From positions 448,001-512,000 of the forward strand of contig JBBCJC010000005.1 in the NCBI GenBank assembly GCA_037189525.1: a stretch of DNA of 64,000 nucleotides. The letters are read 5' to 3'. The stretch is from Gemmatimonadales bacterium. Its GTDB lineage: Bacteria; Gemmatimonadota; Gemmatimonadetes; Gemmatimonadales; GWC2-71-9. The first letter of the stretch is position 1. Every line of letters begins with the position of its first letter. Below, piece after piece: positions 11,299-21,488 of the stretch. A program made the translations under genes and the position numbers. Under the pieces are notes generated by a model, which made no database searches, was not told where the DNA came from, and was given only the letters and a program-made list of their open reading frames with translations.

Positions 11299-12591
11299 CT
11301 ACCAGCCACTCCATGCGGCCGCCGCCGCGGTGTCAACACGACCAGCCGCGACGTCAGCAAGCGCCTCGCCTATCAGCGAGACACCGCGCTCGGCCTCAGC
11401 CTCACTCAGCACCAATGGCGGAGTCAGTTCGAGGACTTTGTTCTCTCCTCCCACGTAGTAAAAGAGCAGGCCGAGTTCCCAGGCACGGTAGCACACCATG
11501 CGGGCATGGTCCGCCGATGAGCAGGTCGATGAACTGCCCAGTTCGATACCCAGTACCAGGCCGCGCCCCCGCACCTCGCGAACCAGCGGACTTCTCGCGG
11601 TAACCTCTTGCAGGCCGCGGCGCAGCAGCGCTCCGACCCGCTCTATCCGGCGGATACTCTCATCGGACCGGATCGTCGTCACAACGGCCAGCGCCGCAGA
11701 GGCGGTGACCGGGTTCCCCTGGGTCGTCAGCATCGCCCCTGAAGGCAGTGCCTCCATCAGCGCAGCTGGCGCGATGACGGCCGAGATCGGCAGGCCACCA
11801 CCCAGACCTTTGCCGAGCACGATCAAGTCGGGCCGAACGCCGTCCCATTGGTGCGCATACAACTTGCCCGTCCGGCCGAGCCCGACCTTTACCTCGTCGG
11901 CAACGAGCAATGTCCCATGCCGGCGACAGCGCTCCGCCACGCCGGCCAGAAATCCGTCGGGCGGAACGATCAAACCGCCATCCGAGAGGATCGGCTCGAA
12001 GAACAGGGCGGCGACGGAATCTCCGGCCAATGCACGATCCAGCTCCTTCAGCACCGCCCCCGCAGCGGACGCATCGCGCGGATAGTCGAGTTGCACAAGG
12101 TCCGCATGGCTCCCTGCCCCGCTCAACGCCGCATGGCCGGAGATCGCCATGCCGCCGCCGAAGCCACCATGATACGACCCCTTGAAGCTGATGACGCCCT
12201 TGCGAGACCCCGAGGTGACCAGACGGAGCGCCATGTCGGCCGCATCGGTGCCCGAGTGCCCGAACCAGACCCGACGATCGATACCGTCAGTCCGGGTGTC
12301 GAGCAGCGCTTCCGCCAACTCGACTGCCGGCGGGCTGACGAGCGAGAGGGAGCCGACCCCGGCCATGGTCCGAACGCCGCGCTCGACCGCATCGACGACG
12401 GCGGGATGCGCATAACCGAGTGATGCGGCGCCCCATCCCGCGGAGAAATCGAGGACGCGCCGGACACCGGGTTCGATCAGCCAGGAGCCCTCGCCGCCGA
12501 GCGCAACCATCGGATGGAAGCTCAGCTTACCGGGAAGCCCGAGCGCGGCGCGATCCCGCGCCAGCCAGCTTTCGCGGGTACCGTCAGACAT
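11299..12591 (-). CDS. Class-III PLP aminotransferase (GABA/ornithine AT-like)
   Basis: LDFSAGWG, SYHG, FEPILSDGG, DEVKVGLGRTG, LGKGLGGG (PLP Lys). Confidence 0.9.
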   Translation of the reverse strand: MSDGTRESWLARDRAALGLPGKLSFHPMVALGGEGSWLIEPGVRRVLDFSAGWGAASLGYAHPAVVDAVERGVRTMAGVGSLSLVSPPAVELAEALLDTRTDGIDRRVWFGHSGTDAADMALRLVTSGSRKGVISFKGSYHGGFGGGMAISGHAALSGAGSHADLVQLDYPRDASAAGAVLKELDRALAGDSVAALFFEPILSDGGLIVPPDGFLAGVAERCRRHGTLLVADEVKVGLGRTGKLYAHQWDGVRPDLIVLGKGLGGGLPISAVIAPAALMEALPSGAMLTTQGNPVTASAALAVVTTIRSDESIRRIERVGALLRRGLQEVTARSPLVREVRGRGLVLGIELGSSSTCSSADHARMVCYRAWELGLLFYYVGGENKVLELTPPLVLSEAEAERGVSLIGEALADVAAGRVDTAAAAAWSGW

Positions 12592-13936
12592 CGAGCCGAG
12601 TCCGAATCCCACGAGCCGCGTTGACCGCGAGCACGATCGCACCAAGCACCACCCATGCCAGGCCAAGCAGCTTGGCCTGCACATCGAGGCCCCACCAGAC
12701 GTATCCGATCACGATGGCGCCCAGCAGCGGACAGATCAGGTGGACCAGATAGTTTCGGCTGCCATTCCGGATCACATAGTGGGTGACCACGCTGGCGTGC
12801 AGACAGAGAAATCCGGTCAGGGCGCCGAAGTTGACGATGTAGGTGATCCCGCTCGGATCACTCTGATAGACCAGACCGATGACCAGCGAAATGATCGCGA
12901 CGGCCAGCAGCGCAACGTACGGGGTCCGGAACTTGGGATGCACCTGAGCCAGCGGAGCCGGCAGCAGGCGATCGCGCGCCATGCTGAACAGGATGCGCGA
13001 CACCGCGCTCTGCGAAGCTTGCGCCGCCGTTATCCCCCACGAGAAGGCCGTCATCCCGGCGCATAGGGTATAGAGAAACTTGCCGCCGGCGATGGCCGCG
13101 ACGTTGTAGAAGCCGTTGTCCGGATCGGCCGCGAGCGCCTGCCAATCGGGCTGCAGATTGCCGGCAACGAACGTTTGGATCATGAAAAAACCGGCGACCA
13201 GAAAGAGCACCATGATCGTGGCCCGGCCCGCGCTGCGGCCGCCCCCGTGCGCCTCCTCGGAAAGCGTCGAAATCGCATCGAACCCCAGGAAGCTGAGCAC
13301 CGCGATACTCGCCGCCGTCATCAGCGCGCGGAAATCGAGATTACCCGGATCGAGAATCGGTTTGCTGGTCCACCCTTCGCCCGCAGCACCGGTGCTGACT
13401 GCGTAGATCCCGAAGCCGAGAAAGAGCGCCAGGGTTACGAACTGGACTGCGAGCACGATCCGGTTGAACCGCGCGCTGACTACGACGCCCCGATAGTTGA
13501 TCGCCGTGTTGGCCAGCGCAAAGAGGACCAGCCAGCCCCAGAGCGGAACCACCGGAATCATCCCGGCAAGCGCGATCGACGCGAAGACGTAACACAGACT
13601 CGGAATCAGCAGGTAGTCTATCAGGATCATCCATCCGGCCAGAAACCCGAATCGGCTGCCGAACGCGCGCGAAGCGTATCCATAGACCGACCCCGCCGTC
13701 GGGACCGCCTTGGCCATCTCGCTGTACGCCAACGCGGTGAAGAAGATCCCCACGGTACAGATCAGGTAGGTGAGCACCGGCATGCCGCGGGACTCGGTTG
13801 CCACGTAGCCGTAAATCCCCATCGGGGCAATCGGCATGATGAATACGAGCCCGTACACCACCAGATCCCAGGTCGACAATCCCCGGTGCAGTTCCTCCTG
13901 GTAGCCCAACTCCTGCAGGGTCTTATCGTCCGCCAT
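12584..13936 (-). CDS. APC-family amino acid/polyamine permease (PuuP-like)
   Basis: About 12 TM helices; AGSVYGY, SFLGFDAISTLSEE, SRILFSMARD. Confidence 0.9.
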   Translation of the reverse strand: MADDKTLQELGYQEELHRGLSTWDLVVYGLVFIMPIAPMGIYGYVATESRGMPVLTYLICTVGIFFTALAYSEMAKAVPTAGSVYGYASRAFGSRFGFLAGWMILIDYLLIPSLCYVFASIALAGMIPVVPLWGWLVLFALANTAINYRGVVVSARFNRIVLAVQFVTLALFLGFGIYAVSTGAAGEGWTSKPILDPGNLDFRALMTAASIAVLSFLGFDAISTLSEEAHGGGRSAGRATIMVLFLVAGFFMIQTFVAGNLQPDWQALAADPDNGFYNVAAIAGGKFLYTLCAGMTAFSWGITAAQASQSAVSRILFSMARDRLLPAPLAQVHPKFRTPYVALLAVAIISLVIGLVYQSDPSGITYIVNFGALTGFLCLHASVVTHYVIRNGSRNYLVHLICPLLGAIVIGYVWWGLDVQAKLLGLAWVVLGAIVLAVNAARGIRTRLDV

Positions 13937-14714
13937 CGACGGTGGCCTCCGTGGCGTATTGGGTGGTTGCGCGCAGGGCGCCGGCGAGCCGGTCGGCCCA
14001 GAGACCGATGTCGGCGGCACTGCCCAGCAAATCGTGACGAACTTCGAACAGCACAGCGGCAAGGCCCCGGGCATCACCGTGTACCGGCACGGTATAGTCG
14101 CCGTCGGGATGAATCGAATACGGCTCATTGGCGCCGATGATCAGGCCCGGCGCTTCCAGTGCGGCCACCAGCGCGTGTCCGAAGCCGGCGGCCCCACCGA
14201 ACAGCACCCCGGCATGCCAAGGGCGCCGTACCCCGCGGAACACCGGAGTAAAGCTGTGGACTCCGACGACGACCGTCGCCGATCCGGCGGCCTGACGCCG
14301 GTCGAGATGATGCGCGACCGCGTCGTGGTAGGGGGTGAAGTAGCGCGCCGCGCGATACACTCGTTCCTGAGGGTCGAGGCTCACATTGCCTGGAATGGCC
14401 GTGTCCTCACTGCTGGTCGGGATGCTATCTGGCGCAGCGAGCGGCCGATTCGGATCGATCAGCAACCGCGAGTAGCCATGCAGGAAGAGCGGCGCGTCCA
14501 GCCGAGCGGCCAGTTCCCGCGCCAACGAAGCAGCGCCGAGATCCCAGGCGATATGCCGGGAGAGATCAGGCTCGGCGAGGCCCAGGCCGCCGTACCGCGC
14601 CGGCATGAATCGCGACGCGTGCTCGCACAGCAACACCACGTGGGAGCTACCCTGCTCGTTGACGACTTCGACGACCGGGGGCTCCGACCGATCATCCTCC
14701 ACAAACGCCGTCAC
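13923..14714 (-). CDS. N-formylglutamate amidohydrolase family protein
   Basis: LCEHAS, HIAWDLGA, SRLLIDPNR, HSFTP, NEPY and EVRHDL motifs. Confidence 0.88.
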   Translation of the reverse strand: MTAFVEDDRSEPPVVEVVNEQGSSHVVLLCEHASRFMPARYGGLGLAEPDLSRHIAWDLGAASLARELAARLDAPLFLHGYSRLLIDPNRPLAAPDSIPTSSEDTAIPGNVSLDPQERVYRAARYFTPYHDAVAHHLDRRQAAGSATVVVGVHSFTPVFRGVRRPWHAGVLFGGAAGFGHALVAALEAPGLIIGANEPYSIHPDGDYTVPVHGDARGLAAVLFEVRHDLLGSAADIGLWADRLAGALRATTQYATEATVDGGR

Positions 14715-16049
14715 TCAATACACCGATGCGTACTTGGCGGCGAGATCCGCCGGCGATAGTCCCGCCACGAGTTCGCGCTCCTTGGCACGCATCGCGCGAT
14801 ACCCGGCGAGCATCTCTTCGCTGAACCACCCCGACACAACGGCATCCGCCTCCAACGCCGCCAACGCCTCGGTCTGGGACGACGGCAGACGCCGAACACC
14901 CAATGCTTCGCGCTCTCCGTCGCTCAGAAATCCGGGATCGATGTCGACCAGCGGAGGTGCCGGGAGATTCGCCTCGAGCCCTTCGATTCCCGCGCGAATG
15001 ATGGCGCCAAGCGCCAGGTGCGGACACGCGGACGCGTCGAGCGCGCGATACTCATAGTGGAGTTGCCGAGCCGGATCGCCGCCCCCGAGCGTCGTGGTGG
15101 GACAGATCCGGAGCGTGGCCTCCCGGTTCCGATCGCCGAAGCAGGTCCAGGCTGCGCTCCAGTGGTGCGGTACCAGGCGCGCATACGAAATCACGCTCGG
15201 CGCGGTCAGGGCGCACAACGCAGGCAGATGCCGAATGATCCCTGCCGCGAAGCGACCGGCCACCTCCGAGATCCGTCCGGGACGCTCGGCATCGAATCCA
15301 ACCGGCTGCCCCGCCAGGTCGGTCAGACTGACATGGACATGGACACCGTTGCCCACACCTTCGGCCGCCGTCCGCGGAGAGAAACTTGCGCGGCTGCCGA
15401 GCAGGCGGGCAATCTCCCGGGTGACCTCGCGGATCACCACGGCGCGATCGGCGGCGGCAAGCGCGGCGGCGGGGCGACAGGTCACCTCGAACTGCCGCCG
15501 CCCGTACTCGGGAAAGAACATCTCCGGCTCCGTCCCTGCGTCATCCAGGGCACGGACCAGTACGGGACCGAGCGGATCGGCCACCCGCTGGCCCTGGAGC
15601 GAAAAGGCGGGCGCCACCGGCCCCTCACCCAGCAACTGGAACTCGTGCTCGAAGGCCGCGACGACCTGGAAGCCGAGCGCCTCCAGATCACGGATGGCGC
15701 GACGGAGAAAGGTGCGCGGACAACAATCCCACGGCGCCCCGTCGGTACCGACGATATCACACTGATAGGCGTGCAGCGCCGAAGCGCCTGGCAGTTCCGC
15801 AACCGAGAAGCCGGCATCCGGATCGGGGAGGAGACGCAAGTCGCCGCTCGATCCCCACGGATTGTCCGGGCCGATCGGATCGAACGCGGTAATCGCGGCG
15901 TTGGCGGGTACCCAGCCGCAGCCCTTGCCCAGCCAGCGATCGAGATCGGCATAGGGCACCGCCCTGCCCCGTGTAATACCGGCCCAATCCGTCGTCACGA
16001 AGCTGACCAGTTCCGAGCCCGAGATCTCGATATCCTGCGCGTTGGCCAT
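14715..16049 (-). CDS. Glutamine synthetase-like gamma-glutamyl ligase (PauA7-like)
   Basis: AFEHEF, EYGRRQFE, GNGVHVHVS, NREATLR and EYRALD motifs. Confidence 0.88.
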   Translation of the reverse strand: MANAQDIEISGSELVSFVTTDWAGITRGRAVPYADLDRWLGKGCGWVPANAAITAFDPIGPDNPWGSSGDLRLLPDPDAGFSVAELPGASALHAYQCDIVGTDGAPWDCCPRTFLRRAIRDLEALGFQVVAAFEHEFQLLGEGPVAPAFSLQGQRVADPLGPVLVRALDDAGTEPEMFFPEYGRRQFEVTCRPAAALAAADRAVVIREVTREIARLLGSRASFSPRTAAEGVGNGVHVHVSLTDLAGQPVGFDAERPGRISEVAGRFAAGIIRHLPALCALTAPSVISYARLVPHHWSAAWTCFGDRNREATLRICPTTTLGGGDPARQLHYEYRALDASACPHLALGAIIRAGIEGLEANLPAPPLVDIDPGFLSDGEREALGVRRLPSSQTEALAALEADAVVSGWFSEEMLAGYRAMRAKERELVAGLSPADLAAKYASVY

Positions 16050-16087
16050 GCGAGTTCCGTCTCCCGAAATATGAGTGTGCGGTAATG

Positions 16088-16753
16088 TCACCGGCCAAGC
16101 CGGGCGAGCCGATCGACGACGGTATCCGTATCGGCGATCCAGCAGTAGCCGCGCAGTGCCCGCAACGCCGCTTCGTGACGTTCCTCCGATGCGGCAACGC
16201 AGGCATCGTGGACCAGCGTGACCAGATAGCCGCGATCCGCCGCATCGCGCACCGCCATGTCGACGCACTGATCCGTGACCATACCTGCCACGATCAGGAA
16301 CCGGGTTTCCAGATTAGTCAGGACGTAGTCGATCGCCGTCGAGTTGAATACGCCGGACGAAGTCTTGGGCAGCACGATCTCGTTGGTGACCGGCTCGAGT
16401 TCCGGAATCACTCGCCCCAGCGGCGAGCCTTTCGGCACATGGATCGGCGAGAGCTTGTGATCGAGGGAGCGATCCCGTCCGTCTTCGGTCAGGCTCTCGA
16501 TGATGGTATGGACCACCTGGATTTGCGCAGCTCGCGCCGCCGCAAGCAAGCGGCGCTGTCGAGGCACCACCCACTCACGCAGTTCGTGATAGAGGTAATC
16601 GTCTGGCGAGGCGTCGGGATAGGCCGGATCGAGCCCCGGCTCCACCCAGATCCGCTGCATGTCGACCAGCAGCAGCGTGACATGGTTCGGCGCGTACGGC
16701 ATGTCTCGCGCAATGGTCCGACCGCCCTGCGTGATTTCAACGCGTGTGCCCAT
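16088..16753 (-). CDS. Isochorismatase-family cysteine hydrolase
   Basis: D-K-C triad in LLVDMQ, LPKTSSG and TDQCV. Confidence 0.88.
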   Translation of the reverse strand: MGTRVEITQGGRTIARDMPYAPNHVTLLLVDMQRIWVEPGLDPAYPDASPDDYLYHELREWVVPRQRRLLAAARAAQIQVVHTIIESLTEDGRDRSLDHKLSPIHVPKGSPLGRVIPELEPVTNEIVLPKTSSGVFNSTAIDYVLTNLETRFLIVAGMVTDQCVDMAVRDAADRGYLVTLVHDACVAASEERHEAALRALRGYCWIADTDTVVDRLARLGR

Positions 16754-16756
16754 CGG

Positions 16757-17638
16757 TCAGTTCGCTTTCTCGATCGATCCTTGATTGATCATCTCGGCGC
16801 GGAGAGCCTCGAGCCGCCCCAGCCGGGTCCGCGCTTTGTCGCCCAGCCGGGCGGTCACGGCGGCGACGAACGCTTCGACCTGGGCCAGCGCGGGCACCAG
16901 GGAATCGAACGGCGAGATCGTCTCGACCGGCGCCGCAATGACGGCGTCCGCAAGGCGCGCAATCGGCGATCCCGAGCCGTCGGTAAAGAGCAGCAACTGC
17001 GCACCGGACGCCACCGCTTGCTCGGCAAACCCGATCACGTCGGGCTGATAGCGGCGGTAGTCGAACACGATGATGACATCCCGAGGGGTCATGTCGATCA
17101 GACTGTCGACCAGCACCGCCCCGCTGCCGTCGAGCCAGGCGCAATCGCGACGCAAGAGCCGCAAATGTTCCCAGAGGTACCCGGCCAGGAACCGGCTGAA
17201 CCGGCCGCCGAGGCAGTGGATCCGCTGACGCCGGTCGGCGACGAGCTCAACGGCGCGGTCCCATTCCGGTTCGGCCATCAGATCGCGGGCGCCAGCAAGG
17301 CCATGCGCCGCCGAGGCCAGGAATGCCCCATACAGGTCGTCCTGGGCAAGGGCTTTCCGGCGTGAGGCCAGCAGCGTCAGCGGCGAACTCATCCGCTCGC
17401 TGACCTCGGCCAGCACCGCCTGCTGGAATTGGGCGAACTGCCCGAAGCCGAGCTTCTGCACCAGGCGCATGACGGTGGGGTCGCTGACGCCCGCGCGCTC
17501 CGCCAGAGCGGCCACCGTACCGAGCCCCGACGCGGGATAGTCGGCCAGCAGCGTCCGCACCACCTTCCGCTCCGACCGGGTGTAGTCGTGGGTCGGCTCG
17601 CGCAGGAGTTGTCGAATGGTCTGACGGGAGCGGGCCAC
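16757..17638 (-). CDS. MurR/RpiR-family transcriptional regulator (QapR-like)
   Basis: AERAGVSDPTVMRLVQKLGF HTH plus SIS domain (FDYRRY). Confidence 0.88.
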   Translation of the reverse strand: MARSRQTIRQLLREPTHDYTRSERKVVRTLLADYPASGLGTVAALAERAGVSDPTVMRLVQKLGFGQFAQFQQAVLAEVSERMSSPLTLLASRRKALAQDDLYGAFLASAAHGLAGARDLMAEPEWDRAVELVADRRQRIHCLGGRFSRFLAGYLWEHLRLLRRDCAWLDGSGAVLVDSLIDMTPRDVIIVFDYRRYQPDVIGFAEQAVASGAQLLLFTDGSGSPIARLADAVIAAPVETISPFDSLVPALAQVEAFVAAVTARLGDKARTRLGRLEALRAEMINQGSIEKAN

Positions 17639-17806
17639 CGGCGGCTACCTCGACGAATGTCGGAATCTCAACAATATCGCACTCCTCGTAAAAAATGTAG
17701 CTCTATCGACAGCGGTGTCCTCTGTTGCCAGACCGTCCGCCGTCAGGTAAGCTTGGCATTCACCCTACAATTCGACTTGCATCGCCCGTCCCCCGAGGAG
17801 GATCGC

Positions 17807-19849
17807 ATGCACTTCACCCCGACGCTCAGGCTCGGCCTCGTGCTGGGACTGACCACTGCCGGCGCCGGCGTGCTCTCGGCACAGGCTCCACGCACCGACC
17901 GCCTGCAGCTGGCCGACTACCTCGATTTCGAACAGGTCCAGGCGCCCCAGCTGTCGCCTGACGGTCGCCAGGTCATCTATGGCCGGCGCTGGGTCGACAA
18001 GCTGAACGATCGCTGGGAAACGTCGATTTACCTGATGAACAGCGACGGATCGCGCCCCCGCGCGCTGGTCACCGGCGGTTCGCCGCGGTGGTCTCCCGAC
18101 GGCTCCCGGATTGCCTACGTGGCGCGGGGCGAGCCGAGTGGCAGCCAGATCTGGGTGCGCTGGATGGACGCCGAGGGCGCGAGTACGCAGATCACCCGCC
18201 TGGCCGAAGCACCGGCCGACCTGGCCTGGTCGCCCGACGGAAAGTGGATCGCGTTCCGCATGCTGGTGCCCGAAACCGAAGGCTGGAAAATCGAGGGCCA
18301 GGTCGGCGCCCTCAAGCCGCGCGGCGCGACCTGGACGCAGGCGCCGCGGGTGGTCGAGCAGGTCACCTATCGCCGCGACGGGCAAGGGTTCATCCGCTCG
18401 GGGACCCAGCAGCTCTTCGTCGTCCCGGCTGACGGCGGCACGCCCCGCCAGGTGAGCAACGGCGACTGGAGTGTCGGCGCTCCGGCGTGGCTCCCCGATG
18501 GGCGCACCATCACCTTCTCCTCCGGTCCCCGGACGGAAGACGCCGAGTATTCCTGGCGCGAGTCGGACGTGTTTTCGATCGACGTCGAAACCGGCGCCAT
18601 CAAACAGCTGACCACGCGAAAGGGTCCGGACAACGGCCCGGTTCCCTCCCCCGACGGGAAACAGATTGCCTACACCGGCTATGACTGGTCGACCGATACC
18701 TGGATCGATTCGAAGCTCTACGTCATGAATGCCGATGGCAGCGGGTCTCGAATCCTGGCGGACATCGACCGGAGCCCCGGCAGCCTGACCTGGGCCCATG
18801 ACGGAAGCGGGGTCTATTTCACCGCGCAGAGCGAAGGCAGCCAGAACCTGTGGTTTGCTCCGCTGCGAGGTCAGGCACGCCAGGTCACCAAAGGCGTCCA
18901 GATGCTCGCCGTATCCGACATCGCGCGCGACGGCACGGTGCTTGGTACGCTGAGTTCGTTTCACGAGCCCGGTGATGTCGTGACGTTCAACCTGCGCGCC
19001 CCCGATGCCTTCAAAAAGCTCACCGATGTCAATGCCGACATCCTGACCGGCAAGCGCCTCGGACAGGTCGAGGAGATCTGGTATACCTCGGTCGATGACT
19101 TGAAGGTACAGGGCTGGATCGTCAAGCCGCCGGATTTCGACCCGTCACGCAAGTATCCGATGATGCTGGTGATCCACGGCGGACCGCACTCGATGTATAA
19201 CGTCGCCTTCAACTTCGGGTGGCAGGAACATGCGGCCAACGGTTACGTGGTGCTCTACACCAATCCGCGGGGCAGCACGGGATACGGCAGCGCCTTCGGC
19301 AATGCCATCAAGAACGCGTATCCTGGCAAGGACTATGACGACCTGATGCGCGGCGTCGACGTCACCATCGCCAAGGGCTACATCGACGAGCAGAACATGT
19401 TCGTCTACGGTTGCAGCGGCGGCGGCGTGCTGACCTCGTGGATCGTCGGCAAGACCGATCGCTTCGCCGCGGCCTCGGCCAACTGCCCTGTCACCAACTG
19501 GCTCAGCTTCGTCGGCACGACGGATGGCGCCACCTGGTATCGGAACTTCGAGAAGTTCCCCTGGGAAGATCCCAGCGAGCATCTCCGCCGTTCGCCGCTC
19601 ATGTATGTCGGTAACGTCAAGACGCCGACCATGCTGATGACCGGCGTCAATGACCTCCGGACGCCGATGCCGCAGACGGAGGAGTTTTACCAGGCATTGC
19701 GTATGCTCAAGGTGCCGACGGCGATGGTCCGGTTCAACGACGAATGGCACGGCACCAGTTCCAAACCGTCCAATTTCCTGCGGACCCAGCTCTACCTGCG
19801 GGACTGGTTCAAGAAGTACGCTCGAGGCGAGCAGCGAACCACGCAGTGA
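17807..19849 (+). CDS. Secreted S9 family peptidase (acylaminoacyl-peptidase-like)
   Basis: GAGGAG SD, signal peptide, WSPDG propeller repeats, HGGP, GCSGG nucleophile, D and EWHG. Confidence 0.92.
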   Translation: MHFTPTLRLGLVLGLTTAGAGVLSAQAPRTDRLQLADYLDFEQVQAPQLSPDGRQVIYGRRWVDKLNDRWETSIYLMNSDGSRPRALVTGGSPRWSPDGSRIAYVARGEPSGSQIWVRWMDAEGASTQITRLAEAPADLAWSPDGKWIAFRMLVPETEGWKIEGQVGALKPRGATWTQAPRVVEQVTYRRDGQGFIRSGTQQLFVVPADGGTPRQVSNGDWSVGAPAWLPDGRTITFSSGPRTEDAEYSWRESDVFSIDVETGAIKQLTTRKGPDNGPVPSPDGKQIAYTGYDWSTDTWIDSKLYVMNADGSGSRILADIDRSPGSLTWAHDGSGVYFTAQSEGSQNLWFAPLRGQARQVTKGVQMLAVSDIARDGTVLGTLSSFHEPGDVVTFNLRAPDAFKKLTDVNADILTGKRLGQVEEIWYTSVDDLKVQGWIVKPPDFDPSRKYPMMLVIHGGPHSMYNVAFNFGWQEHAANGYVVLYTNPRGSTGYGSAFGNAIKNAYPGKDYDDLMRGVDVTIAKGYIDEQNMFVYGCSGGGVLTSWIVGKTDRFAAASANCPVTNWLSFVGTTDGATWYRNFEKFPWEDPSEHLRRSPLMYVGNVKTPTMLMTGVNDLRTPMPQTEEFYQALRMLKVPTAMVRFNDEWHGTSSKPSNFLRTQLYLRDWFKKYARGEQRTTQ

Positions 19850-19978
19850 CCCACCAGGTTGCCGATCCGGCGACCGGCCGAGACATGGCCGGCGCCGGAT
19901 CGGCGCCCGTTGCGCACGAGCCGATAGCGGCCGACCCGGTGACCGGTTACAATCCGCCGTCCTCAATGGAGCAGCGGC

Positions 19979-20296
19979 ATGTCAGCACCCGGCGTCATCG
20001 TCGTCATCGAGTATCACGCCCTTCCCGGCCAGGCCGAAGCCGCGCGGTCGGCCCTGCAGGACCTGATCGAAATCGTGGTGCGCGAAGAGCCGAACTGTTT
20101 CGGGATCCGACTCCATCAGCATCACGATGACCCCGCCCGCATTCTGCTCTGGGAGGCGTGGACCGATCAGGCGGCATTCACCGGGCCGCACATGGAAACG
20201 CCGCATCTCACGGCCTTCCGCGAGCGGGCCCCCGAGTTGTTCGTCGGACCACCCTCGCTGTCGTTCTGGATTCAACGATCGGATGTCGTCCGGTGA
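19979..20296 (+). CDS. Antibiotic biosynthesis monooxygenase (ABM) domain protein
   Basis: 105 aa; EPNC, WEAWTD and HMETPH pattern. Confidence 0.75.
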   Translation: MSAPGVIVVIEYHALPGQAEAARSALQDLIEIVVREEPNCFGIRLHQHHDDPARILLWEAWTDQAAFTGPHMETPHLTAFRERAPELFVGPPSLSFWIQRSDVVR

Positions 20297-20775
20297 CCAG
20301 CCGATCGGGCCGCGCGAGTGGCCTGTGCCTCGCCGGCGTTGCGCTGCTGATCTCGATGGGCTGCAATCGGGAACCGACCCATGCGATCGACCTGATCGGT
20401 GAGCGCGAAGGCATCCGCATCTGTCGCGACTCGTTTGCGCAGGGGCGGTTCGAGTGCCGCTACACCCGCACCCATCACCGCCTCTGGATGATGCATGACC
20501 CCAATTCGGGGCTCGAGACGTTTCTCCGCTACGAAGATCTCACCGGCTCCACTGCCGAACCAGCCTACGACTCGGCGCGCGCGCGGATCGAAGCGGACCT
20601 TGGGCCGGGCACTACCTGCGCAGACAACCACCTGTCCTGGCTGATCGGCACCGACGTGCTGCATCTGATCCTGCGGTCGCCTGATCCGGCCCCGGCCGAC
20701 AGCTCGGCGCGGCTCTGGACCGTCGCGACGTTCGGCGGGCGCAACTCCGGGGGCACCTGCCAACCGGCCGGCTGA
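20293..20775 (+). CDS. Hypothetical lipoprotein
   Basis: GTGA overlap with the upstream gene; hydrophobic signal ending ISMGC. Confidence 0.55.
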   Translation: MTSRSGRASGLCLAGVALLISMGCNREPTHAIDLIGEREGIRICRDSFAQGRFECRYTRTHHRLWMMHDPNSGLETFLRYEDLTGSTAEPAYDSARARIEADLGPGTTCADNHLSWLIGTDVLHLILRSPDPAPADSSARLWTVATFGGRNSGGTCQPAG

Positions 20776-20786
20776 GGACGGACGCC

Positions 20787-21410
20787 ATGGAAACGCATCG
20801 AGCGCGGTGGCAACGCGACTGGGCGGAAGCTGGTCTCACGCCGCCGAGTGAGGTGACTCCGCTCCTGGACCGTTACCGGGAATCCCATCGCGCCTACCAC
20901 ACCCTTCAGCATCTGGACGAGTGTTTTGCCTGGCTCGACCAGGTCCGAAGTCATGCCGCTCTTCCCCATCTGGTATCGCTGGCGCTCTGGTATCATGATG
21001 CGATCTATGATCCGCACGCCAGCGACAACGAGGCCGCCAGTGCGGACCTGGCGGCGACCGCGCTGCGTACCGCCGGTGCACATCCCACTATGGTCGATAG
21101 CGTTTCGGCCCTGATTCTGGCCACGCGCCACAACGCGCTTCCTGCGCCGGGAGACGCGACCTTGCTGGTCGACATCGACCTCGCGATCCTGGGCGCACCG
21201 CCGGACCGCTTCCGGGAGTACGAGGATCAGATTCGAGAGGAGTATCGCTGGGTACCCGGCCTGATCTTCCGCCGGCGCCGCGCCGACATCCTGCGCGGAT
21301 TCCTCGACCGTCCCGTTCTGTATCACACGCCGCTTTTGCATCAGGAACTCGAGGCGCGGGCCCGCGACAACCTTGCCGCGGCGCTGTCGAAGCTCGGCCG
21401 GCGCGATTAA
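20787..21410 (+). CDS. HD-superfamily metal-dependent phosphohydrolase (COG4339-like)
   Basis: RAYHTLQH, WYHDAIYDP, NEAASA, ATRH, DIDLAILG. Confidence 0.82.
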   Translation: METHRARWQRDWAEAGLTPPSEVTPLLDRYRESHRAYHTLQHLDECFAWLDQVRSHAALPHLVSLALWYHDAIYDPHASDNEAASADLAATALRTAGAHPTMVDSVSALILATRHNALPAPGDATLLVDIDLAILGAPPDRFREYEDQIREEYRWVPGLIFRRRRADILRGFLDRPVLYHTPLLHQELEARARDNLAAALSKLGRRD

Positions 21411-21420
21411 ATTTTCTGCA

Positions 21421-21470
21421 GCTCGGACGACCGGGCGAGGTCACCGTGATACTCCGGGGGACGACCCCCG
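21421..21470 (+). ncRNA. Guanidine-II (mini-ykkC) riboswitch
   Basis: Two ACGA-capped hairpins, GCTCGG-ACGA-CCGGGC and CGGGGG-ACGA-CCCCCG, directly before the SD of an SMR/Gdx gene. Confidence 0.92.
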
Positions 21471-21488
21471 AAGACGAGGGAGCGTGTG

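Noticed and set aside
17680..17710. RpiR operator in the AT-rich patch (CGTAAAAAATGTAG)
   Set aside because: Dyad symmetry is too weak to call
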